A stretch of 64,000 nt of DNA from an uncultured Gemmatimonadales bacterium (GCA_963851265.1 CAWKNZ010000007.1:544001-608000), one strand, 5' to 3'. Shown: positions 21,499-32,173, counted from the first letter of the stretch. Numbers and translations: made by a program. Notes: generated from the letters alone by a model not told the origin.

Positions 21499-22829
21499 GT
21501 CTCCCCCCGGACGACCTGCCCGACGCCGCGCCGGAGGACGGCCCGGAGTTCGGCGGCCGCGTGGGCGACCAGCTGCGGGCGCAGCGCGACGCCGGTGCGC
21601 CGTCCGAGGACGCCCCGCCCGCGGACGCGCCGACCGGCGACGCCCCGATCGGCGACGTGCCGACGGCGGACGCGCCGCCCGGCGAGCGCCGTCGCAATCC
21701 CCACGGCACCCGCCGCATCGCCGACCTCGGTGCCGGTGATCGCCTCGGCGTCGATCGCTTCGGCGTCGAGCGGCGCGGCGGGCGCGCGCGCCGCGAGAGC
21801 GACGACGCGGACGCGGCGGCCGACTCGACGCTCGCGCGCATGCTCCGCATCGGCCGCACCCCTGCCGCCGACGTGCCGCTCCCTCCCTCGGTCGCCGGCA
21901 CCCCGCTCGGCGCCGCGCCGCCCGCCGATCCGGAGGACGCGACGGTGCCGGACATCACTCCGGTGGCCACGCCCTTGGACCCCCTCTACTTCCCGCTCAC
22001 CCCGGCGCAGGCGTCCCTGATCGTCCGCGAGGCGCTGTACGAGGACGAGGCATTCAACGACGTGACCACGCTCGCCACCGTACTGCCGGGCCGGCACGCG
22101 CGCGGACAGCTGGTCGCGCGTCAGGCGGGGGTGATCGCCGGGATCGCGCTCGCGGTCGAGGCGTTCCGGCAGGTCGACCCGCGCGTCACCGTGCGCGTCG
22201 ACGTGCCCGACGGCGTCGAGGTCGCGGCGGGCACGCCGATCGTGTTCCTGTCGGGGCACGCGCGCGGCATCCTGAGTGCGGAGCGCGTCGCCCTCAACTT
22301 CGTGCAGCGCCTCTCGGGGGTCGCGACCCTCACCGCGCGGTACGTGCACGCCGTCGCTGGCACGGGTGCGCGCATCCTCGACACGCGCAAGACGACGCCC
22401 GGGTGGCGGCGGCTCGAGAAGTACGCCGTGCGCGCGGGCGGCGGCGCCAACCACCGCCTCGACCTCGCGTCGGCGGTCCTGATCAAGGACAACCACCTCG
22501 CGGCCGTCGACGGCGACGTCGGGTTCGCGGTGCGGCGCGCGCGCGAGCTGGCGCCGCCAGGTGCGAGCGTCGAGGTCGAGTGCGACCGGCGCGTGCAGGT
22601 GGAGGCCGCGCTCGCCGCCGGCGCCGACATCGTCCTGCTCGACAACATGCCGCTCGACGAGATGCGGAGTTGCGCGATGCTCTGCCGCGGCAGCGCCCTC
22701 ACCGAGGCGTCGGGCGGCGTGCGGCTCGACACCGTACGGGCGATCGCGGAAACAGGAGTCGATTTCGTGTCGGTCGGCGCGCTCACGCACTCCGCCCCGG
22801 CCATGGACGTGGCCCTCGACTTCGAGTAG
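21495..22829 (+). CDS. nadC: Nicotinate-nucleotide pyrophosphorylase with long N-terminal extension
   Basis: [51 protein letters not shown] overlap with nadA. Confidence 0.93.
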   Translation: MSLPPDDLPDAAPEDGPEFGGRVGDQLRAQRDAGAPSEDAPPADAPTGDAPIGDVPTADAPPGERRRNPHGTRRIADLGAGDRLGVDRFGVERRGGRARRESDDADAAADSTLARMLRIGRTPAADVPLPPSVAGTPLGAAPPADPEDATVPDITPVATPLDPLYFPLTPAQASLIVREALYEDEAFNDVTTLATVLPGRHARGQLVARQAGVIAGIALAVEAFRQVDPRVTVRVDVPDGVEVAAGTPIVFLSGHARGILSAERVALNFVQRLSGVATLTARYVHAVAGTGARILDTRKTTPGWRRLEKYAVRAGGGANHRLDLASAVLIKDNHLAAVDGDVGFAVRRARELAPPGASVEVECDRRVQVEAALAAGADIVLLDNMPLDEMRSCAMLCRGSALTEASGGVRLDTVRAIAETGVDFVSVGALTHSAPAMDVALDFE

Positions 22830-22962
22830 CGCCGCACGGTCTCGGTGACGCCGGCGTCATCCGCGGGAACGGAATTCGCAAGCCCAGCGCTCGCGACCGG
22901 GCGACTTCCGTCGGAAGTCGTGCCGATCGGCGTGGAACCTGACACTCGACACGGGGCGCGAC

Positions 22963-23595
22963 ATGGGACGGATGGGGTTGGATAGGGCCGCGGCGACACT
23001 GCGCGCGGGCGTGCTGGCGAGCGCGGTGGTCTTCGCAACGACGGCTGTGGGTGCGCGGTCCGCCGCGGCACAAGTGACGCAATCGACGCAGTCGTGGGGC
23101 GGCGTGCTGAGCGGGGCGCAGCAGGCGCCGGGCAACGCGAGCACGGGAAGCGGTTCCACGCTTCTCACGCTCAGCGGCAACCTGCTGACCGTCAACCTGT
23201 CATGGACGGGGCTCGTCGGCGGACCGGTGACCGGCGCGCACATCCATTGCTGCATCGCGCCTGGCAACAACACCGACGTGGCGGTGCCGTTCACGGGGAT
23301 CGCGTTCACCACGGCGGGGACGTACACCAACATCTTCGACCTGACGAACGCGTCGATCTACACGAGCGCGTACCTCGCCGCGAGCGGCGGGACGGCGGCC
23401 GGGGCGGAGGCGCGGCTGATCGGTGGCCTGAACGCCGGGCAGGCGTACGTGAACGTGCACAACACGACGTACCCGGGCGGCGAGATCCGCGCGAACGTCA
23501 GCGTGGTCGCGACGCCCGAACCGGCCACGTTCGCGCTCGCGGCCGTCGGACTCGGCGGGGCGGGGCTGGCCGCGCGGCGCCGGCGCCGGGCGTAA
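22963..23595 (+). CDS. CHRD-domain protein with PEP-CTERM sorting signal
   Basis: AHIHCC, AYVNVH.TTYPGGEIR; C-terminal TPEPATF + TM + RRRRR. Confidence 0.9.
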   Translation: MGRMGLDRAAATLRAGVLASAVVFATTAVGARSAAAQVTQSTQSWGGVLSGAQQAPGNASTGSGSTLLTLSGNLLTVNLSWTGLVGGPVTGAHIHCCIAPGNNTDVAVPFTGIAFTTAGTYTNIFDLTNASIYTSAYLAASGGTAAGAEARLIGGLNAGQAYVNVHNTTYPGGEIRANVSVVATPEPATFALAAVGLGGAGLAARRRRRA

Positions 23596-23603
23596 CGGTG
23601 TGG

Positions 23604-23642
23604 CGCGTTAGGCGCGACGCCTCACGCGTCGCGCCTAACGCG
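23604..23642. terminator. 17-bp inverted repeat built from two GTTAGGC/GCCTAAC motifs between convergent genes
   Basis: CGCGTTAGGCGCGACGC-ctcac-GCGTCGCGCCTAACGCG. Confidence 0.75.
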
Positions 23643-24240
23643 TGAAGGCGGGGCCGTCGGCCGCGGGCGCGGGGAGGTCGGACAGGTGTTCCTGTACGAT
23701 CACCCACCGTCCGCCCCGGCGGGCGAACACCGCCGTCCACGCGCCCGCGAGCGTGTGCGGGCGCCCTTCGGGCGTCAGGTGCGGGATCGCGTAGGTGAGC
23801 GTGAGCGCGGCAGCCTCGGGGCCGAGCGCGGTCGCGTAGCGCTCGCGGACGACGAAGCGCGGGTCGCGCATGTTCTGGCCGACGCGGCTCCAGAAGCCGG
23901 CGATCTGCTGGGCGAGCGCGGCGCGCGTCGTGGTGACGCGCCCTGCCGCCGCCGAGACGACGAACGCGCCCGGCGCGTAGAGGGCGAGCAGGCGCTGTTC
24001 GACGCCCGGGCGCGAGAAGTCGTAGGCGTCGGTGATCAGCCCGACGAGCGTGTCGGCGAGCGCCGCATCGCGCGAACTGGCCGATGCTCCGACGGTCCCG
24101 CCCGCGGCCGCGGGGGGCGCGTCGCGATTCGCGGACCCGCGGCACGCGGCCGCGATGGCGATCGCGACGGCCGCCGCGGCGCGAGTGGGCGCAGCGTGCG
24201 CCGCCGGGCGTCGAGCGAACGTGCGGCGTGAGGCCGGCAA
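23635..24240 (-). CDS. SnoaL/NTF2-like (DUF4440-like) lipoprotein
   Basis: AAAC lipobox-like; WTAVFARRGGRWVIVQEHLS NTF2-like C-terminus; start uncertain. Confidence 0.75.
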   Translation of the reverse strand: MPASRRTFARRPAAHAAPTRAAAAVAIAIAAACRGSANRDAPPAAAGGTVGASASSRDAALADTLVGLITDAYDFSRPGVEQRLLALYAPGAFVVSAAAGRVTTTRAALAQQIAGFWSRVGQNMRDPRFVVRERYATALGPEAAALTLTYAIPHLTPEGRPHTLAGAWTAVFARRGGRWVIVQEHLSDLPAPAADGPAFTR

Positions 24241-24430
24241 GCGAGGCGGGGGTTGGTCGGTGCGGGGCGGGGCGGGGCGCGCACCTTCCCTCGCACTCGG
24301 CGCGCCACGCGCTATCTCTCATGCAGCATCTCTCAGGCAGCGCGCGTCCGCGTCAGGACGCGTCGCCTCACCCGCCGGCCGGCCCGCCGACGACGGGGTT
24401 GCGCGTCGCGGCGGGGCGAAGGTGAGGCGT

Positions 24431-25171
24431 ATGACGGCACTCGGACGAGGAGCATCTCCCGGCGCGTCGCGCGCCGTCGCGATCGGCGCTGGCATCGTCA
24501 CGGTGGGGGCGATCGGTTTGGCCCTGCACCTCGCCGGCGGCGTCCCGGCCGCGCGCACGCCGAACGCGGACGCGCTGCGCCGCGACCTCGACGCGGCAGC
24601 CGCCGCGGCCGCGTTCGCGCCCACCGCCCGAGCGGGCGCGCCGGTGCGTTTCGTCTCCCCACTCGAACTCGGCGAGAGCACGGCGCCCGCGCGTTCGGCA
24701 CCGGCGGGCTCGGCGCGAGCGGTGCGTCCCGTTCCCGCGGCCGCGCGGCACGCCGCGCACGCGGTGCGGAGCACGCCGACGGCGGTCGCCGTCGAACACG
24801 CGCCGGTGCGCGACGTCGCGGACCGCACGAGCGCCGCGACGACGGCGCCGGCCGCGGTGGCGGCGCCGGCCGGGCCCGTCGGCGACGCGGCCCCACCGCC
24901 GGGCGCGCACGAGACCGGGCCGGCCGTCGCGGCGGCCGGTGCACCGGCGTCGGCCGGGGGCGGCACGTACACGCCCCCCACGGCACCCGGACCGTCGGTC
25001 GCGTCGGCGCCACCGTCACCGGCGCCCGAAGGCGGTGGCGTGGTGATTCGCGGCGGTGGCATCGGAGACACCGATCACTGCGAGCGCGACCACGGGCGGG
25101 GACGGATGCCGTGGCCGGGCGGCATCTTTGGCGGTGGGTCGATCGGCCGGAGGTTCCCCGGCCGATTCTGA
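24431..25171 (+). CDS. Hypothetical Ala/Pro-rich membrane-anchored protein
   Basis: N-terminal TM, low-complexity linker, C-terminal VVIRGG...DHCERD. Confidence 0.6.
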   Translation: MTALGRGASPGASRAVAIGAGIVTVGAIGLALHLAGGVPAARTPNADALRRDLDAAAAAAAFAPTARAGAPVRFVSPLELGESTAPARSAPAGSARAVRPVPAAARHAAHAVRSTPTAVAVEHAPVRDVADRTSAATTAPAAVAAPAGPVGDAAPPPGAHETGPAVAAAGAPASAGGGTYTPPTAPGPSVASAPPSPAPEGGGVVIRGGGIGDTDHCERDHGRGRMPWPGGIFGGGSIGRRFPGRF

Positions 25172-25197
25172 TCCGCCGGTGCTGCGACCGGTCCGGG

Positions 25198-26481
25198 TCA
25201 GCTCCCTAGCACCGCCGCGAACTGGTCGAGCGCCCAGTCGCACTCGTCGGCCGTGAGGACGAGCGGCGGCGCGACGCGGATGGTGTGTTCGTGCGTCTCC
25301 TTGCACAGCAGCCCGCGCGCCCGCAGCCGCTCGCAGAACGGCCGCGCGCCCCCCTCGCCCGCGTGCAGTTCGACGCCGATGAGCAGCCCCCGGCCGCGCA
25401 CCTCCTTCACCCGCCCGCCGCCTAACGCGCGGAGCCCGGCCCGCAGGCGCGCCCCGATCCGGTCGGCGTTCTCGATCATGCCTTCCTCCACGAGCACGCG
25501 GATCGCCGCGCGCGCGACCGCGCAGGCGAGCGGGTTGCCGCCGAACGTGCTTCCGTGCTCGCCCGGCCGCAGCACGTCCATCGCCTCCGCGTTCGAGAGC
25601 ACCGCGCTCACCGGGTAGAAGCCGCCCGAGAGCGCCTTGCCGACGAGCGTCAGGTCGGCCTCCACCCCCTCGTGCTCCTCGGCGAGCAGGCGGCCCGTGC
25701 GACCGAGCCCGGTCTGAATCTCGTCGAGGACGAGGAGCGCGCGGTGCCGCGTGCAGAGTTCGCGCGCCGCGCGCAGGTAGCCCGCGGGCGGCACGATCAC
25801 GCCCGCCTCGCCCTGGATGGGCTCGAGGAGCACGGCGACCGTGTCGGGCGTGATCGCCGCTTCGAGCGCCGCCGCGTCGCCGTAGGGAACGACGGTGAAC
25901 CCGGGCGCGAACGGCCCGAAGTTGCGTCGCGAGCCCTCGTCGGTGCTGAAGCCCACGATCGCCACGGTGCGCCCGTGGAAGTTGCCATCCGCGACGATCA
26001 CCTGCGCGCGGTCCGGGGCGACGCCCTTCACCTCGTACCCCCACTTCCGCGCGACCTTGATCGCGCTCTCGACGGCCTCCGCGCCCGAGTTCATCGGCAG
26101 CGCGCGGTGCGAGCCGGTGAGCGCGCACAGCTCCTCGTAGAACGGGCCGAGCTGGTCGTTGCGGAACGCGCGCGACGTGAGCGTGAGGCGCGACGCCTGC
26201 GCGACCATCGCCTCGAGGATGCGCGGGTGGCAGTGCCCCTGGTTGACGGCGGAATACGCCGAGAGGCAGTCGAGGTAGCGTCGGCCGTCGACGTCCCACA
26301 CCCACACGCCCGACCCGCGCGTGAGCACGACGTCGAGCGGCTTGTAGTTGCGCGCGCCGTACGCGGCCTCGAGCGCAACGAAGTCGGACGGGCCGTGCGG
26401 GACGGTGGGGACGGCGGACGCGGGGCGGGCGGCGGTGGCGGACACGGGGCGCTCCTGCGGACGGGGAAGGACCTTAGGCAT
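25198..26481 (-). CDS. rocD: Ornithine aminotransferase
   Basis: [69 protein letters not shown]. Confidence 0.95.
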   Translation of the reverse strand: MPKVLPRPQERPVSATAARPASAVPTVPHGPSDFVALEAAYGARNYKPLDVVLTRGSGVWVWDVDGRRYLDCLSAYSAVNQGHCHPRILEAMVAQASRLTLTSRAFRNDQLGPFYEELCALTGSHRALPMNSGAEAVESAIKVARKWGYEVKGVAPDRAQVIVADGNFHGRTVAIVGFSTDEGSRRNFGPFAPGFTVVPYGDAAALEAAITPDTVAVLLEPIQGEAGVIVPPAGYLRAARELCTRHRALLVLDEIQTGLGRTGRLLAEEHEGVEADLTLVGKALSGGFYPVSAVLSNAEAMDVLRPGEHGSTFGGNPLACAVARAAIRVLVEEGMIENADRIGARLRAGLRALGGGRVKEVRGRGLLIGVELHAGEGGARPFCERLRARGLLCKETHEHTIRVAPPLVLTADECDWALDQFAAVLGS

Positions 26482-27370
26482 CACGCGGATCCCGGCGCAG
26501 GTCGAGGCGCAGGGTCATGCAGAACGCGGCACCGCCGGAGAGCAGGAAGGGCGCGAGATCGACCCCCGCGACGCCGTAGCCGCGCTCGGCGAGCACGGCG
26601 CGCAGGCGGGCCGGCGGCTCGGCCATGACGATCGTGCGTCCGAGGTTGACAGCGTTCACGCAGAAAGCGGCCGCGTCTTCGGCCGTGGCCTCGATCAGCT
26701 GGTCCGCGGGCACGGCGTCGCGCAGCCGCGCGAGCGCGCCGGCCGAGAAGGCCCGCGGGTAGTACAGCACCTCGCCGCCGCTCAGCGGACAGAGGCAGAC
26801 GTCCAAATGATAATAACGGTCCGATACCAACTCGAGTGGGGTCACCGTCGCGCCGAAGAAGTCGGCCACGCGGTCCGCGGCCTCGCGCGTGGAGCGAGGG
26901 CCCACGCCGGCCCAGAAGCGCCCGCGCGCCGCGTCCCAGACGCAGTCGCCCGCCCCCTCCTGGTAGCAGCCCTCGGGGAGCGTGGCGACCTCGTCGACGA
27001 GGCCCCGCTCGCGGAGGCGGTCGACGATGGCGGCGAAGCACGGCTCCTCGCCGCGGCGCTCGGGGTGGCGGAAGCGCGCCAGCAGCGCCCGACGGTCGAG
27101 TACGACGGCGGCGTTGGCCGGGAACACCATGTCGGGCAGCCCGGGCGCGCCCGGCGCCTCGACGACCGTCGCGCCCTCGGCCACGACGGCGTCGTGCAGC
27201 GCGCGCCACGCGCACCGCGCGGCCGCGCGGTGCGCGGCGGCGTCGCGTGCCCACGCGGCCGGCGCCATCCAGGGATTGATGGCGTACGACACGTCGTAGT
27301 GCGCGGGGTCGATCATCAACAGCGTCGGTGTGGACGCGTCGGGCGTCGTCGGCTGGAGCGCGGGCGGCAT
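26474..27370 (-). CDS. Amidinotransferase-superfamily enzyme (arginine dihydrolase/DDAH-like)
   Basis: [38 protein letters not shown]. Confidence 0.88.
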   Translation of the reverse strand: MPPALQPTTPDASTPTLLMIDPAHYDVSYAINPWMAPAAWARDAAAHRAAARCAWRALHDAVVAEGATVVEAPGAPGLPDMVFPANAAVVLDRRALLARFRHPERRGEEPCFAAIVDRLRERGLVDEVATLPEGCYQEGAGDCVWDAARGRFWAGVGPRSTREAADRVADFFGATVTPLELVSDRYYHLDVCLCPLSGGEVLYYPRAFSAGALARLRDAVPADQLIEATAEDAAAFCVNAVNLGRTIVMAEPPARLRAVLAERGYGVAGVDLAPFLLSGGAAFCMTLRLDLRRDPRDA

Positions 27371-27526
27371 CGGACGGGCGGGTACGGGAAGGCGAGCGGG
27401 GCAGCAGGGCACCTCACGCCAGAATGCCGCGCGGGCGAGCCAGCGAACAGCTGGCAAAGCGAGCGGAACTGCACATCTTCCGAGCAGATCGCCAGCTTCG
27501 ACCGGCGAAACGTCAACCCATCGCGC

Positions 27527-27955
27527 GTGACCGTGGACGAGATCGACCGCCGCCTGCTGGCCCTGCTCCGCGACGACGCGCGGCGCAGCGCCGCGATGCT
27601 CGCGCGCACGCTCGGCGTTTCGCGCGCGACGGTGCAGAACCGCATCGCGCGCCTGCAGCGCGACGGGGCGATCCTCGGGTTCACCCTCCGCGTGCGCCCG
27701 GACGTCGACCCTCGCCGCGTACGCGCGGTGATGATGGTCGCCGTCGAAGGAAAGAGCTCCGCGCCGATCGCGCGGGCGCTCCGCGCGTTCCCCGAAGTCG
27801 TCGCGATCCACACGACCAACGGCCGCTGGGACCTGGTCGTCGAGCTGAGCACCGACGGGCTGGAAGCGTTCGATCACGCGCTCGGCCGCATCCGCCTGAT
27901 CGAGGGGATCGCGTCGACCGAGACGAGCCTGCTGCTCTCGTCGCAGGTGCTGTGA
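27527..27955 (+). CDS. Lrp/AsnC-family transcriptional regulator
   Basis: DEIDRRLL..LR.DAR, LGVSRATVQNRI, TNGRWDL; divergent from the amidinotransferase. Confidence 0.92.
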   Translation: MTVDEIDRRLLALLRDDARRSAAMLARTLGVSRATVQNRIARLQRDGAILGFTLRVRPDVDPRRVRAVMMVAVEGKSSAPIARALRAFPEVVAIHTTNGRWDLVVELSTDGLEAFDHALGRIRLIEGIASTETSLLLSSQVL

Positions 27956-28067
27956 TCACGCGACCGCCGCGGACGGGCGCCCCCCGCTTGCGCATGGGTG
28001 ACGGGCACGGGGTAGCTTCTCCGCCCGCACCGGCACCCGCCCGGCCCGCGCGTCCCCAGCGTTGATC

Positions 28068-29030
28068 ATGCCACTCCCCCATCCGAGCGCTCCCCGCGCG
28101 CCCGGTGCGCTTCGCGCGCTGCTGAGCGGGGTGATCGACTACGCCGGCCTGTTTCCGCCGGCGGGACTCTCGATGAGCGCCGCGGTGCGCCGGTACGCCG
28201 CCGACCGCCGGGGCGCGGACCGCTGGATGCTCGGGCGCTTCGTCGTGCCGATCGCGCGCCTCGAGGAGTTCGAGGCGGCGGCGCTCGACCTCCTCCCGGC
28301 CGGCGAGGACGACGCGCCGTGGCAGCTGAGCGCGCTCGCCGGTGCAGGCGACGCGTCGGTGCTCGCCGCCGACCTCGCGCGCGCGGCAGCGTTCAACGCC
28401 CGCCACGCGCCCGAGACGGGCGCCGGGCGCGCCATCGTCGATGCCGTCGAGTGGCGCGCGCCCGACGTCGACGCCTTCGGCGCGGCCGCGGCCGCTCGGG
28501 CGCGTCACCTGCCGGGCGCGCCGCTCTACGCGGAGCTGCCGCCCGGGACCGACCCCGAAGCGGCCGCGCGCGCGGCTGCCGCCCACGGGCTGCGTCTCAA
28601 GCTGCGCGCGGGCGGCGTGACCACGGACGCCTTCCCGGCGCCGGCCGTGGTGGTGGGCGTGCTCGCGGCCGGCGTGCGCCACGCGGTCCCGGTCAAGCTC
28701 ACGGCCGGACTGCACCACCCGCTCCGCGGCGAGCACGCGCTGACCTACGCGCGCGACAGCGCGCGCGGTACGATGTTCGGCTTCGTGAACGTGCTTCTCG
28801 CAGGCGCGCTGCTACACGCGGGGCACGCGCCCGAGGCCGTGTCACCGCTGCTGGAGGAGCGCGACGCCACAACGTTCACCTTCACCGACGACGCGGGCGC
28901 GTGGCGCGGGCTCGCGGTCGACACCCCGGCGCTGGCCGACGCGCGCGATCGAGCCGTCGTCGGCTTCGGCTCGTGCGCGTTCGACGAGCCCGTGCGCGAT
29001 CTCCGCGCGCTCGGCTGGCTGCACGCCTGA
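28068..29030 (+). CDS. Conserved hypothetical protein upstream of fahA
   Basis: IDYAGLFPPA, KLRAGG, KLTAGLHHPLR, FGFVNV, FGSCAFDEP blocks. Confidence 0.75.
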   Translation: MPLPHPSAPRAPGALRALLSGVIDYAGLFPPAGLSMSAAVRRYAADRRGADRWMLGRFVVPIARLEEFEAAALDLLPAGEDDAPWQLSALAGAGDASVLAADLARAAAFNARHAPETGAGRAIVDAVEWRAPDVDAFGAAAAARARHLPGAPLYAELPPGTDPEAAARAAAAHGLRLKLRAGGVTTDAFPAPAVVVGVLAAGVRHAVPVKLTAGLHHPLRGEHALTYARDSARGTMFGFVNVLLAGALLHAGHAPEAVSPLLEERDATTFTFTDDAGAWRGLAVDTPALADARDRAVVGFGSCAFDEPVRDLRALGWLHA

Positions 29031-29069
29031 CGCGCCACGCGCTCCCCACCCTCCGTTCCGCCGCTGCCG

Positions 29070-30392
29070 ATGCCCGATACGCGCGACCCCGCCCTCGTCT
29101 CGTGGGTGGAGAGCGCCCACGACCCCGAGACCGACTTCCCGATCCAGAACCTGCCATTCGGCGTCTTCCGCCGTGCGGGCAGCGACGAGGCGCCGCGCGT
29201 GGGCGTGGCGATCGGGGACGCGGTGCTCGACCTCGCGGCGTGCCTGGACGACGGCATGCTCTCGGCGATCGCGGGGAGCGCGCTCGAGACCGCGTGCCGC
29301 GCGCCGGCGCTCAACCCGCTCATGGCGATGGGGCGCCGCGCCGCGTCGACGCTCCGTCGCGAGGTGAGCCTCGCGCTGCGCGCCGGCGGCACGCCGTCGC
29401 GCTACGACCGCGAACGCGCCGCGCGCGTGCTCGTGCCGCAGAGCGCGGCGGAGCTGTTCGTGCCCGCGGCGGTGGGCGACTACACGGATTTCTACGCGTC
29501 GGTGCACCACGCGACCAACGTCGGGCGCCTGTTTCGCCCGGACGAGCCGCTGCTGCCCAACTACAAGTGGGTGCCCATCGGCTACCACGGTCGCGCATCG
29601 AGCCTCGTTCCGTCCGGAACGCCGGTGCAGCGCCCGGTCGGGCAGCGCAAGGCGCCCGCGGACGCCGCACCCTCCGTGGGTCCCACACGCATGCTCGACT
29701 ACGAGGTCGAGGTCGGCGCGTTCGTCGGCCCGGGGAACGCGTTGGGCAGTCCCGTCGCGCTCGCCGACGCGCCGTCGCGTCTGTTCGGCCTCTGCCTCGT
29801 CAACGACTGGTCGGCGCGCGACGTTCAGGCGTGGGAGTACCAGCCGCTCGGCCCGTTCCTCGGCAAGAGCTTCGCGACCACCGTGTCGCCGTGGGTGGTC
29901 ACCCTCGACGCGCTCGAGCCGTTCCGCGTGCCCGCGGCGGCGCGCCCACACGGCGATCCCGCGCCGCTGCCCTACCTCGACGGCGAGGAGGACCGCGCGC
30001 GCGGCGGGTTCGACATCACGGTCGAGGCGTGGCTCCTGACCGCGCGGATGCGCGAGAGTGCGGCGCCGCCGGTGCGGCTCTCGCGAGGCTCGTTCGGCGG
30101 CATGTACTGGACGTTCGCCCAGATGATCGCGCACCACACGATGAACGGCTGCAACTTGCGCCCCGGCGACCTGCTCGCGAGCGGCACCGTGTCGACCGCC
30201 GACGAGGGCGGGCGCGGGTGCCTGCTCGAGATCACACAGCGCGGCACACACCCACTCGCGCTCGCCGGCGGCGAGACGCGGGCGTTCCTGGAGGACGGTG
30301 ACGAGGTGGTCCTGCGCGCGTACTGCGAGCGCGACGGCGCGGCGCGCATCGGGTTCGGCGAGTGCCGGGGGGTGGTTCTTCCGCCAGGCTGA
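29070..30392 (+). CDS. fahA: Fumarylacetoacetase
   Basis: DFPIQNLPFG, DYTDFYAS..HATNVG, PIGYHGRASS, NDWSARD.Q.WEYQPLGPFLGKSF. Confidence 0.95.
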   Translation: MPDTRDPALVSWVESAHDPETDFPIQNLPFGVFRRAGSDEAPRVGVAIGDAVLDLAACLDDGMLSAIAGSALETACRAPALNPLMAMGRRAASTLRREVSLALRAGGTPSRYDRERAARVLVPQSAAELFVPAAVGDYTDFYASVHHATNVGRLFRPDEPLLPNYKWVPIGYHGRASSLVPSGTPVQRPVGQRKAPADAAPSVGPTRMLDYEVEVGAFVGPGNALGSPVALADAPSRLFGLCLVNDWSARDVQAWEYQPLGPFLGKSFATTVSPWVVTLDALEPFRVPAAARPHGDPAPLPYLDGEEDRARGGFDITVEAWLLTARMRESAAPPVRLSRGSFGGMYWTFAQMIAHHTMNGCNLRPGDLLASGTVSTADEGGRGCLLEITQRGTHPLALAGGETRAFLEDGDEVVLRAYCERDGAARIGFGECRGVVLPPG

Positions 30393-30493
30393 TTCGGGCC
30401 CGGTGAGCAGGCGGGGATGGTAGCTGGCGCTGCGGATGGCACCGCGTCTGCGCTAGGCCGGCCCGCACCCTTTCGACCGCTTCAGGAGACGCC

Positions 30494-30973
30494 ATGGCGA
30501 CGCCCAACGACAACACCAGCGGCAGCGACCGCGACAAGTACCGCGACAACGACGATGCACGGGGCGTAACCGGCCCCGACTCGCGCGATTCGACCAAGAG
30601 CGACTCGAAGTTCGAGGCGCGCGGCGACGCGCGGGACAACGTCGGCAACCACGCGCGCGGCACGGACGCCAACATGGAGGCCATCCGCGACAACGCGCAG
30701 CACGACGTCCAGCGCGGGAACGAGCGCACGCACGACACGACGGACGTCGTCGACGAGTACGATCTGGACCTCAAGCGCGACAACCAGCGCGGCAAGGAGC
30801 CGCACGGGATGGAAGAACTCGCCCGGGAGACGCGATCGGGGATGTTCGGCGCGCCGGGGGCGCACGGCGACACGGGGCACGCCGGCGTGCAGCACGCGCG
30901 GAAGGGCCAGGCCGAGAGTCCGGCCGAGCGGACGCACAACGAGCAGCCGAAGCACAAGGAAGGACACCACTAG
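30494..30973 (+). CDS. Hydrophilic, probably disordered protein (hydrophilin-like)
   Basis: AGGAG RBS; strong codon bias; D/R/H/G-rich. Confidence 0.75.
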   Translation: MATPNDNTSGSDRDKYRDNDDARGVTGPDSRDSTKSDSKFEARGDARDNVGNHARGTDANMEAIRDNAQHDVQRGNERTHDTTDVVDEYDLDLKRDNQRGKEPHGMEELARETRSGMFGAPGAHGDTGHAGVQHARKGQAESPAERTHNEQPKHKEGHH

Positions 30974-31028
30974 CCGCGCGCGGCTGAGCGTTCGGCGGGT
31001 TCGGCCGACGCAACTACTTTCCTTGTCC

Positions 31029-31319
31029 ATGCACCCCGACCGGCTCACCGACATTCCCATCCACCGCGCGCTCAGTCAACTGCCCGGATGGAGCCGGAAG
31101 GGCGATGTGCTCGTGAAGAGCTACGCGTTCCCGAGCTTCGCGGCTGGCGTGGCGTTCGTGAACCGGGTGGCGCGGGTGGCGGAGGCGGCAAACCACCACC
31201 CGGACCTCGACGTGCGCGCCGCCAGGGTCGTCTGCCATCTCACGACGCACAGCGCGGGCGGGATCACACAGAAAGACCTCGACTTGGCCGGCGCGATCGA
31301 GCGGGTCGCGTCCGGGTGA
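31029..31319 (+). CDS. phhB: Pterin-4-alpha-carbinolamine dehydratase
   Basis: AEAANHHPD, LTTHSAGGITQKD. Confidence 0.9.
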   Translation: MHPDRLTDIPIHRALSQLPGWSRKGDVLVKSYAFPSFAAGVAFVNRVARVAEAANHHPDLDVRAARVVCHLTTHSAGGITQKDLDLAGAIERVASG

Positions 31320-31343
31320 CGCGAGCGCAGGATGGTGGCGCAA

Positions 31344-31386
31344 GAACGACGAAGGGCGGCCCGTGATGGGCCGCCCTTCGTCGTTC
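31344..31386. terminator. Bidirectional terminator hairpin
   Basis: 19-bp perfect inverted repeat GAACGACGAAGGGCGGCCC-gtgat-GGGCCGCCCTTCGTCGTTC between convergent genes. Confidence 0.85.
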
Positions 31387-31396
31387 GCTCACGTCG

Positions 31397-32077
31397 TCAG
31401 TTCCGGCGTCCGCCGCCGAGGAGGCGGAGGATGAAGAGGAACAGGTTCAGCAGGTCGAGATAGATCTGGACTGCGGCAAGAACGTAGTCGTTCGGACCGT
31501 AGACGTTGCGCAGGCGCCAGGTGTCGAAGACGAGCAGGCCGCTGAAGAGCAGCGTGCCGACGCCCGCGATCCACAGGCCGGCGGTCTGGTTGTGGAAGAA
31601 CATGTTGAGCAGCGACGTCCCGATCAGCACCCACAGGCCGGTGACGAGGAAGCTGCCCCAGGCGCTGAAATCGCGCCGCGTCACGAACGCGTAGGCGGTG
31701 AGCACCGCGAACGTGCTGCCGGTGAGGAGCGCGGTCTGGCCGACGATGCCAGGCTGCCGGCTCTCCATGAACAGCAGATACGGCGCGAGGAACACGCCCT
31801 CGGCGAACGTGAAGGCGAGGGTGAGGCCGATGTTCGCCGGGAACCGGTCGCGCATCGCCTGCGCGCCCATCAGCGGGACGAACGTCGCGATGGCGCTGAT
31901 GAACGGGTGTTGTGCGACGAACCCGAGCAGCGCCGGCTGGGTCGCCGCGAAGGCGACGCCGAGCATCGTGACGAGGACGCCGACGAACACGAGGGAGTAC
32001 GTACGACGGACCAGCGTCGCGCGCTCCGCGCCCGTGCGGACGGAAGTCGTGGGCGCGTAGAGCCGAGAGACACCCAT
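31397..32077 (-). CDS. Bax inhibitor-1/YccA-family membrane protein
   Basis: VRRTYSL, RRDFS, LVFDT, AVQIYLDLLNLFLFILR. Confidence 0.92.
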   Translation of the reverse strand: MGVSRLYAPTTSVRTGAERATLVRRTYSLVFVGVLVTMLGVAFAATQPALLGFVAQHPFISAIATFVPLMGAQAMRDRFPANIGLTLAFTFAEGVFLAPYLLFMESRQPGIVGQTALLTGSTFAVLTAYAFVTRRDFSAWGSFLVTGLWVLIGTSLLNMFFHNQTAGLWIAGVGTLLFSGLLVFDTWRLRNVYGPNDYVLAAVQIYLDLLNLFLFILRLLGGGRRN

Positions 32078-32173
32078 ACTGCGAAACTCCGGGGAAAGAG
32101 GACGGAGGATGATACCCGGAGGTGCCCGCAGCGTGCCAACGCCGAACCGTCGTCGGGGTGCGCCGCGGCGGCG

